64,000 nt of DNA from Camelus ferus. Lineage: Eukaryota. The translations under genes and the position numbers were made by a program. The DNA is taken from positions 620,001-684,000 of the forward strand of contig NC_045720.1 of NCBI RefSeq assembly GCF_009834535.1, read 5' to 3'. The stretch's first letter is position 1. The number at the start of each line of letters is the position of its first letter. The notes beneath the pieces were generated by a model, which had not been told where the DNA came from, made no database searches, and worked only from the letters and a program-made list of their open reading frames with translations. Below, piece after piece: positions 55,107 through 64,000 of this stretch.

Positions 55107-56970
55107 TCAGTCCCCCAGTAAGATGGAGGCCTCTTTTACGTGCTGCCGGACCACACGGTCCAGTAGGGTGTGTACATCGCGGGCAGCTCGGGCAGCTGCT
55201 TCCAGCACTTGCTCTAGGTGGTCCTCATGCAGCCTGGCATCCATCTCAAGCAGTGCAATCTGGCCCGAGGCTGGCAGCAGGGCCAGGGCCAGCTGGGGAC
55301 CACCAGCTGCTTCCTCCACATGGCTGAGGTCTGCCAGAGCTGTTCCATCCACAAAGCCAGCTGAGCAGGCACATACAAAGTCCCGCATGGGTATCCCAGC
55401 GTCCAGCACTGCCAGAGTGGCTGCATTCACACAAGCTGCATAGGTCCCACCATCTGCCTGCAGCACCTGCAGGGACCCCACCCAGTGGCATCAGTCCATT
55501 AGGCTGCTGACCTCTGACCCCCATCCCCCCTCACACCCTCCATCTCTGCCCTCCCCGGGTTGAGGGCTGCTGCCTGCTTACCTGCACATAGATATCAATC
55601 TGGGAGCGTGGATGCAGCTGTGTAAGGATGGCTGCCTCGAAGGTCTGACGCAGCTGCAGGCCCATCTCGCAGGACTTACGGTCTCCATGTGGCCGCCGCT
55701 TGCGCTCACCTGTGCTGAAGGTCGCAGAACTGTACTGACAGTTCACCAGGGCCCTGTCGGGCAGAGCTCGTGCCCGGGAGCCCCGAATCTGCGGAGAGGA
55801 AGGACACGTGAGCCAGGCCCACTCCTCCCGGCTCACACTACCCAGTCCTCTGGCTCATGCCCTTAACCTCAGCCTCCCTCCCTCCCTCTCCCTCAGCATC
55901 CCAACAGTCAACTACTTTACCTCCAAAACACAGCCTGAGGGAGGGCCACTGGGCCAGTCTCTAAGCCACAATCATGTCTGGATCTCATCTCTCTCTTAAC
56001 AGGCCTCCCTGTTCCCATCCTTGACTCATCCTCTCCCAACCTATTCTCCACTTGCACCAGAGTCTGTTTGCAAATATCAAGTCCGAGTCTGTCTCCACTA
56101 CACACTCACGTGTGTCACTTACCTTCCAAAGGCTTCCCACCAGAGTGAGATAAAAACCCTAAATCTTTTTCCTGTTCTACAAAGCCCTGAGTTCTTGCCT
56201 CCCTAGAAACCTCTCAGTCTCGTTTAGTATTATTCCGCATCTCCCCCACCAGCAGCCTTTCTGCTCTGCAAACGTGTCATGCTTATTTCCACCCCTCTGG
56301 CCTTCCACCAAAGTGGCAATAAACCATGAGGTTTTATTTAAAGTCCCTGTCCTCACGGAGTTTATGTTCCAGTGGGGAGACAAACGATGAGTTATAAGTT
56401 AAACTGATGTCTGAGGAGGGGGGTGCAGAAAGCCAGTAAAATGTGTGGCTGTAGGGGATGGGACTTGACAGGTGGGTATGGTGGTCTGGGGAGGTGTCCC
56501 CAGGGGGTGACGTCGGCGTAGAGCTGAAGTGAGGCAGAAGGTAGGGGCACGCCTGGCGCTTTGAAGGATAGCAAAGAGGAGGGGAGGGCGCAGGGGGCAG
56601 TGGCAGACGAGAAAGGCAGGGACCACCGGGCATCATCACACTGTTAGGACTTTGGCGGCGGCCCTACACGGAGGCGAGCGGGCAGGCCTCACTTCCCGAG
56701 CCTCTGCTCAGCCTGACGGCCCCGCGCACCCCGCAGTTGCCGCCGCCGAGTTCCTGCGCCCGCCCGGGGAGGTCGCTCGGCTCGCGCGCGCCCACTCGCC
56801 TCGTGAGGCCCGTAGACCACCGCTAACGCCTTGGTGTTGCCTTGCTCGATGTAAGCCGAGCCGTCGGCCTGAGCGAATACACCCATCCGCGCCTGGATCT
56901 TGCGCAGCTCCCCGGCGCGCCGCCCGTCCACCCGATAGCCCTGGTCCGACAGGAGCTCCAGCCCCGCCAT
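55107..56970 (-). CDS. EXOSC4: Exosome complex component RRP41, 245 aa, 3 exons
   Basis: Exons 56970-56800, 55788-55582, 55466-55107 (738 nt). MAGLELLSDQGYRVDGRR, ADGSAYIEQGNT, HPRSQIDIYVQ, QADGGTYAACVNA. Intron 1 has a GC donor. Confidence 0.98.
55789..55852 (-). ncRNA. Candidate 5'-tailed mirtron hairpin at the 3' end of EXOSC4 intron 1 (putative MIR6847 orthologue)
   Basis: CAGAGGACUGGGUAGUGUGAGCC pairs with GGCUCACGUGUCCUUCCUCU (~18 bp with bulges) and ends at the acceptor AG. Resembles recalled human mir-6847. Confidence 0.45.
56000..56640. mobile_element. L2 remnants in EXOSC4 intron 1
   Basis: ccttccaaaggcttcccaccagagtgagataaaa and agtccctgtcctcacggagtttatgttccagtgggg are L2-like. 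Confidence 0.55.
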
Positions 56971-57480
56971 GCCGCCGGGCCACCAGCCCGCTTCCGCTTT
57001 CCCGAGAACTACAGTTTCCGGTGGCCCTGATCCCCAACTTCCGACCTCCCCGTGACCTACGTCTTCCGGAGGTCCCGCTCCCACTTCTGGTCTCGGAGAA
57101 CCACGGTTCTCCCAGGGCTCCACGCGGCCCGACTTCCGGCGGCGGGAAATTACGGTTGTCCGCGGCGCCACTTCCGCTACTTCCGGCCCGGGGAGCTTCG
57201 GTGGTGCTGACTGGGGAGGGAAAGCTACGGCCGTCTTGGGTAGGTGCCCCGCGGCTGCTTGGGGCGGAGACCCGCTGGGGTACAGCCCCCAGGTCGCTTC
57301 CCCCCGGTTGGTCGTGGGGGCGGTTCCCACGACTCTCAGGGCCCTCCCGTCCCACGTCGCCCTGGCCGCGGCCGGCGCGCGTCTGCGCCCGCACCCAGGG
57401 CCCCCGCGGCAGCCGGCGCGCCTTTGCTTCTCCTTCATGCCGGCAGCCTCCTTCGAGATGCTGGGATACGCCAGGCCCGG
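56680..57480. promoter_or_regulatory. CpG island / EXOSC4 promoter with an ETS (GABP) motif array
   Basis: Repeated (a)cttccg at ~57037, ~57063, ~57132, ~57170 and ~57179. ACTACA-type motif at 57008. Confidence 0.75.
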
Positions 57481-57667
57481 TCAGAGCAGCGACTGCTGGA
57501 ATGGAAGCATCGTTTTGTCTCTGAGGGCGTCTGAGTTCCGAGGACATGAACGCATTCGTTTTCCCAAGCTGAGGCACACTTTCTGTTCTCTTGCTTTTCA
57601 CCGTTTAGTTTCAACATTTGCCCACTTAAAAAACGGACACGTTGTTTATATTGTACATACACATGGT

Positions 57668-58065
57668 CTTTTTTTTTTTTTAACATTTTTTATTGATTTA
57701 TAATCATTTTACAATGTTGTAGTCAAATTCCAGTGTTCAGCACAATTTTTCAGTTATTCATGGACATATACACACTCGTCACACTTTTTTCTCTGTGAGT
57801 TATCATAACATTTTGTGTATATTTCCCTGTGCTATATACAGTGTAGTCTATTCTACAATTTTGAAATCCCAATCTATCCCTTCCCACCCTCCACCCCCCT
57901 GGTAACCACAAGTCTGTATTCTCTGTCTGTAAGTCTATTTCTGTCCTTTATTTACGCTTTGTTTTTCTTTGTTTGTTTGTTTTTGTTTTTGTTTTTTAGA
58001 TTCCACATATGAGCGATCTCATATGGTATTTTTCTTTCTCTTTCTGGCTTACTTCACTTAGAATG
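57668..58065 (-). mobile_element. Young camelid-type L1 3' end running into a gap
   Basis: Poly-T head, ttttattgatttataatcattttacaatgttg...ttccacatatgagcgatctcatatggtattt. N gap 58066-58250. Confidence 0.85.
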
Positions 58066-59199
58066 NNNNNNNNNNNNNNNNNNNNNNNNNNNNNNNNNNN
58101 NNNNNNNNNNNNNNNNNNNNNNNNNNNNNNNNNNNNNNNNNNNNNNNNNNNNNNNNNNNNNNNNNNNNNNNNNNNNNNNNNNNNNNNNNNNNNNNNNNNN
58201 NNNNNNNNNNNNNNNNNNNNNNNNNNNNNNNNNNNNNNNNNNNNNNNNNNGCCTCGTTCTTCTATCCGCACGCACCCCCACCTGCCTTAGCTTAAGAAAT
58301 GGTTCTTCCATGTTTTTCTCCATACTCCCAAAATTACATCCAAGGCACACAGATACATGCAGTTGTACATGTACAGCCATATAGTGGCTTTTGGGACTCT
58401 GGTTATTTTTAAAAATGGGATTATTTCATACACACTTTTCTGTTTTTTACTCAAAAAATGTCTTTTGAAACCTGTTCGGTTAATCCTGTGGAACTCTAAT
58501 TAACTTTTTGCTTGATACCCGGGCTGGATGTACCTGGATGTATCCGGCTACTGCTCCATTGAGGACAGTGGGTGTGTGTTCAGGGGCTCAGGGCTTGGAA
58601 TCCCAGGGTAGGGACTTTGTGGGTGAAGGCTGTAAGTGTGAGAGTTCCTTTTTCCCTCTCACACCAAGAATAAGTGTTGCAGTTTTTTACATAATCATTG
58701 CCAGCCGGCAGAGTGTTACTGGCATCTTGCATTTCTGGGCATGGTGTATTCCAGCATCTTATGTCAGTCAAATCCACTGGAATTGCTGATGGGTCTACAG
58801 GAGGGAGAAATGAGGGGCTTTCCTCTCCAGGTGCCTCCTGTTTCCAGGTACCTCTGTTTCCTGGTGGTCAAGGTCACCAGCAGGGAGCTTATCCCAGCAC
58901 CCCCCGCACCCCCTCCCCAGCTGCATTATTCGTTCCCTCTGCAGTGCTTAGGAAGCCAGGTCCCATGTTTCAGGTTTGAATGGACAGGGATGCAACACTC
59001 ACCAAGAGGAGGCAACATTCACAGGGGCCTAGGAATGGGCACAGGCCAGTGTCCCAGGACGGCCTACATGTGCCATCTTTCAGGTCCTTTCATGCTGTTC
59101 CTTTACATCCAGTTCCCACATTGCAATAAAGTGGGTCCCCTTTTTCCATTTAAGAGTGAAAATACTGTCACCCTTTTCAGAAAGGGATTGCATAGCATT

Positions 59200-59660
59200 G
59201 TGTGTCAGTTTCTCTCTTGATGCATAGCCTTAGTGCCTTCAAATAACAAAAAAGGAATATTATGTCTCACATTTCTGGGGGTTGCCTGGTTTCAGCTAGG
59301 CAGTTTGCACTTAGGACTTTCCTGCTTGTGGTCACTGCAGATGGTGACTGGCGTTGTCTTAAAGGCTTCCTCCCTCAGCATCTTTGGTGGTTGGTGCTGA
59401 CTCTTGGCCAGGACCACATTTGGGGCTGTGACAGCACACCTGCAAGTGACCTCTACCCAGCCGGGCTTCCTTGAAGCATGGCACCAAGGTGACCTCCCAA
59501 GATAAGGTGAGTGTGCATGGTGTTTTAAGATCTAGCCTCAGAAGTCATGTAGTGTCACTCCTGCCAGCTTCTATGGGTCAGGGCAGTCACAAAGGTCTGC
59601 TAGGCTCAAGGGGAGTGGACATGGTCCAGTCCTTCAATAGGAGCGGTTCAAGGTCAGCCA
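59200..59660. mobile_element. MaLR (MLT1-type) LTR remnant
   Basis: tgtgtcagtttc...tatgtctcacatttctggggg...ctagcctcagaagtcatgtagtgtcactcctgcc pattern. Confidence 0.6.
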
Positions 59661-60259
59661 TAAGGAGAACAGATGGGACGGACATGCTGCAGTGGGTTAG
59701 GGCCTAAGTCTCCCAGGCATAGCGTCCCCTCCCAGGTGGTAGGCTCCTAGAATACTGGGCAGGAGGGCTGGCGAGCCAGCCACCACGCTGCTGCTACCCA
59801 GTCCAAGGCCATCATGGCCACCCTCAATCCCCTCACCCTCAGCTCTTCAGCTGGACTGAGCAGGTTACTGGTTGAGTCACCCAGGCCTTCTTCACTCAGC
59901 AGTTTGAAATTCTACTGTTCCTACTCTTACTAGGTCAAGACTGCTGTAGTCCCTGGACACAGGTGGATGCCCCACCAGTGCCCAGCCCTGATGCATAGTT
60001 GGTCCTAGAAGCGCAGGATAATAGGATAATGCTGGTCCTGGGCCTAAGGAGCACCCCCCGCCATGTGACTGGGTGGTGGCTGTTCCTTCCAGATCAGTGG
60101 AAACCTTACCGTGTCCGCTGTGAGCATCTCTGGTTTAGGGTATGGACCATTCAGGAGGGAGAACCCCTTGGTTCTCTGGCCCTTGTGTTCTAGCCATAGG
60201 GCCCACACATGAGTGGATTCAGGCTTTGGGGGCCCAAAGCTTGTAGAAATTTGGGAGCT

Positions 60260-60720
60260 GTGTTGAGAATTCCCAAGACCATCCCTGGATTCAGTGATAT
60301 ACTAGGACTCACAGAATTCAGCACATGTAATTAATGCTCATAACCAAGATTCAAGGGGGAGGATATTAATCAAAATCAGCAAAGGGAAGACTTGGGGCAA
60401 AATCAGAGGAAAGCAGGCGCCAACTTCGAGTCCTCTCCCTGAGAAGTCGCTCAAGACACACTCCGCCCCCAACAACAAGTTGCAACAACGTGTGTGAAGT
60501 GCCGGCCACCAGGGCAGCTCACCGGAGACTCGGTGCCCAGGCTTTAATCGGGGCTGGTCGTGCAGGCACCCTCTACTCACGATGTACCCAGACTCCTAGA
60601 AGCAGAGCAGGAGTTCAGCATAAACCATGTTTGTCTGTACAAAGAGTTTCGATTCAATGAGCCTCTCTTAATGCGGGATGGGAGGAGCCCTCCTGCAACC
60701 TGGGTTCCCAGACACTAGCA
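60260..60720. mobile_element. MER21-like LTR, apparently nested in an older DNA-transposon-like element (~60196-61230)
   Basis: cccaagaccatccctggattcagtgat...aaaatcagcaaagggaag...ccaccagggcagctcaccggagactcggtgcccagg. Flanks rejoin as aatttgggag|ggccctctttag. Confidence 0.5.
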
Positions 60721-62574
60721 GCTCTGCAAACATCTGAAGGAGAGAAGTTGCAGGGCCCTCTTTAGGAAACAAGGTAAAATCATATTCCCAAAATTAAGTT
60801 AACAGAGTGAGAAAAGAATCCTAACATGCAACACAGATGTTTAAAGTTGACAAGTATCACAGAGATCACAAAACACAGGAAACCAATGCAATGTCATGAA
60901 TTAACTTCCTGAACATTTCTCTAACATGTTTCCCCTATGCTTTTTGGATGCAAAATCTGATGGCCTCTTAAGATGACGACACTTTTATGATGTCATCTAT
61001 ATAAAGAGGGAAGATAATTTAGCTTCTCCTCTAACTTTCAATCAAACTTTTATTATTTATAGCTTTGAAAGTTGTTTTCAGGTCACAGTTTCTTTTTCAT
61101 TTTTATTCAGGTCACAATTTCTTTAGCTAATATCGTGTACATTTTTAGAGTTGTTAAATTTGAGAAAACCTCTATCAAATTTCTTTTACATGTGAGTCCT
61201 AAGATTTCAGGGCCTTTGGGGGCTTCTTGTCTGTGACTAATCTTAGATGTTTTTTGAATTGACGACACTCATTAGCCAATTCCATCCACCCAATGTGTGG
61301 TGACAATCAGTGTGGGGGTGGGGGTTGTTCCTGGAAGCCATTTCTACACCAGAATGCCAGCAATAGCTTAACCACACCAGGAAGTGCCTGTTCCCACAGA
61401 ACCTGAACTAAATATACTCCCAACTCGGCTTCCCTGAGTGGGTCTCAGGACGCCCTCTCCCATTCCACATGGGAGGGGAGGAAATGCCTGAAAGCGGGTT
61501 GCAGTGGGAAGTGATAGCCTTAATTGACTGTGATTAAATGATTTACTTTTGCAAATCGTACGAAATGTGCAACCCGGGGAACACTTTGCTGGGGCCCTGG
61601 ACTGGAAGGGTCCTGAGCTAAGCCTCAGGGCTTCACAGTGAATATGTCCCTGGACCCTGTGGCCCCTAGAGCAGCACAGATGCATCTCAGCAGTGTCCTA
61701 TCCTGAGAGGAGCGAGCTGCCAGTTGGCAGAGTAGCAGGGCCTTCAACAGACTGTCACCATTCCATTAGGCTGATGGGAACTTGCTCAGTGAGTCCCAGG
61801 GTCACGAGCTCATTGCCGCAGGCCATCGGCTCTAAGATGCGTCCTTGGTGTGCAGCCCTGTCCAATGGGAGATCAGGCATTCAGTGAGTCTGAGATTCAG
61901 GTGCCGGCAGAGGAACTGCAAGCAGGGAGGGCAAAGCCATGTCCAGAATAGGGGTCAGTTCAGGGAAGAAAAATAACTGTCCCTGGCAGGTGGGCGGGGG
62001 TCCGGGGTTGGGTCTCTGCTGCTGCAGGTTGGGTATTTGCAGTGGCAATGGGAGGACCCCTGCAGACCACCACCTGCCACTGCAGCCACTCTTTTCATGG
62101 GTCTTCGCATGAGCAAAGCTTTGATGTCTTTGCCTAAAAAGGCCGAAACTTGGGCCCCTTCAAAGGCAGTTACTACTGCCTACCCCTCCCGTGCAGCTGT
62201 CACACTCTCCTGTTTCTTTGCACGTCTCTGTTGAAAACAACATTTTAGATGCTTTATTACAGCAACTCTGGATCGTGATTAGCCTGTCCTTCTTGGGCTT
62301 CTTGATCTTGCTGTTTTGTTACTTTATTAGTCCAGTGGCTTGTCGGGGCCCGTTTGGTGAGGTCCGTTCCTCCACAGTGTGCAGCTTCTGCTGTCACTAC
62401 TCGGTCCCCCCTCCCTCCTAGTGCTTACATTTAAGCCTGGATTCCTCGAAGTGGCATTGGAGTCAACATAGCTTAGGGTTTAGCCACCAACTAAGCCAGT
62501 GAGGTGCCATCCTTTGCTGATGAATTAGTGTGCAGTGGGGGGACACTTCCAAGTCTGTCCCATGTCCAGCCAGT

Positions 62575-63005
62575 GTAGTAGGCTGGAGTATGCCCCAAAA
62601 GGTGTCCAGGTCCTGATTCCTAATGGCTGTGGATGTTACCTCATACAGCAAAAGGAACTTTGCAGAAATGATTAAGCTGAGGATCTTGAGAAGGAGAGAG
62701 TGTGCTGGAGTATCCAGGTGGGTCCTAACTGTAATCATGAGTATCCTTTTAAGGTCGAAGCAGAGGGATGCTTGGTTACAAAAGAAGGGAAGGAGAGGTG
62801 ACCTTGGAGGCATGCAGCCTCAAGCCAAGGAATGCTGGACGCTGGACGCGGCAAGGAACGAATTCTCCCCTGGAACCTCCAGAAGGAACTATTCTGGCTA
62901 ACACCTTAGTTTTAGCCCATGAGACTCTGTGGATTTCTGGCCTTTGGAACTGGAAGAGAATAAATGTCTGCTGTTTTAAGCCTTCACGTTTGTGGTCATG
63001 TATTT
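62575..63005 (+). mobile_element. MaLR LTR (MLT1D/B-like)
   Basis: tgtagtaggctg...gactttgcag-like aactttgcagaaatgattaag, aggaacgaattctcccctggaacctccagaagg, aataaatgtctgctgttttaagcc. Confidence 0.85.
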
Positions 63006-63834
63006 GATCTTTTCCATAATTTTTCACCACTGAGGTCTCCACTGTCATCTGTGACACCACACTCAGTGTCCAGAGAGAGGCAGCCTGCTCAGCCACGCAC
63101 CCTGGGCAGGGTTTCACCCTGGGCAGGGTCTGGGGGAGCTGGAGGCAGGTGGGAGCCTACTCCTCCCAGAGTGATGCCCCTGACCCACGGGTGGGTGCCA
63201 GGGGGTGGGAGGGAGGCTTTGTCTTCTGAGCTCATCCTTCCCAGGCCCCCTCTGTCCTGTGGCTGGAGCCAGGGTAAAGGGTGCCCAGTGCTCTTCTGCT
63301 ACCTCTTGGAGCAGAACTGTCACAATGCAGAACTCAGGGTAGGAGGGAGCAGGTTCCCGCTCTTCTTACCAAGACTTATTAGACCTCATGAGTCCATGGT
63401 ACATGCTCTTTGGCCAGTCCCCAGAGTGAGAGGGTCATTTCCGGAAGTCCTGCTGCTGCCTGGCGTTTCAAGGCCAAGGCTGGCAGAGGAACACTGCCAC
63501 TTCCACTATTTTTCTGGTCAAAATAAGGCACAAGGTCAGTTCAGGGTCCACAGACTGAGACCTGGACCCACCTGTTGGGGGTGGGCAACAACTGTTGGCA
63601 GCCATCTGTGCCCCAGGGGAGGCCACTGCCAGATTCCTCCAGCGAGGAGAAAGGAGCTGCTTCTGCCTGGAAGGGGGCTCATGGGAGTTTGGGAACCCAA
63701 GATACAAGTGGATCTGTCCGCAGTTCCCACCCCAGGTCCCAGGGCCGGCTCCACCCTGGGACAGTGCACTTGCCATCTCCTTTGTATCCCAGCTTCTTTC
63801 ATGATCCTCTCCGGCATTCCCTTCAACACAGGAG

Positions 63835-64000
63835 GCTGTGCCAGTTTTCTACTGCTGTGTAGTAGGTTGCCACAAACATAGTAGCTTAATGCTACATCTG
63901 CTTATTAACTCAGAGCCCTACAGGTCATGAGTGTGGGTGTGGCATGGGGACGAGGGACTTGAACGACTGTCGATGTGACCTCCTTTCAGCTGAAGAGCTT
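63835..64000. mobile_element. Start of another MLT1-type LTR (truncated by the window end)
   Basis: tgtgccagttttctactgctgtgtag...ccacaaacatagtagcttaa. Confidence 0.5.

Noticed and set aside
58250-64000. OPLAH or another gene upstream of EXOSC4, including the 305-aa ORF 62964-63881
   Set aside because: No oxoprolinase-like or other recognisable peptide. The ORF starts inside an MLT1 LTR and has non-coding-like composition, and the region is mostly LTR and other repeat remnants.

Overview
GC-rich, gene-dense mammalian genomic window, very probably from a camelid. That call is an inference from the tRNA-derived Vic-1-like SINEs and young L1 3' ends. Gene order matches the human 8q24.3 block read in reverse: MROH1 promoter/first exon (-), TSSK5 remnant (+), HGH1 (-), WDR97 (-), MAF1 (-), SHARPIN (+), CYC1 (-), GPAA1 (-), EXOSC4 (-). 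Repeat-rich blocks (old and young L1, ERV/MaLR LTRs, Tigger, MIR/L2, SINEs) lie between the genes. I reconstructed every coding exon by hand from splice sites and reading phase. Seven genes are intact: HGH1 406 aa, WDR97 1617 aa in 24 exons, MAF1 257 aa, SHARPIN 409 aa, CYC1 327 aa, GPAA1 621 aa, EXOSC4 245 aa. The main result is that TSSK5 (testis-specific kinase) is a heavily decayed unitary pseudogene. It has a frameshift, three nonsense codons, an apparently lost splice acceptor, and a deletion that removes the catalytic core. This suggests a loss independent of the known primate one. Other notable items: a U12 AT-AC intron in GPAA1; a GC-AG intron and a mirtron-like hairpin in EXOSC4 intron 1; a 32-aa SHARPIN tail relative to human; overlapping back-to-back polyA signals of TSSK5/HGH1; and a MAF1 polyA site abutting the WDR97 promoter. 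Gene identities rest on recalled orthologue protein sequences plus synteny; no database search was run. I found no wholly new biological system, and no CRISPR, rRNA or true tRNA genes.
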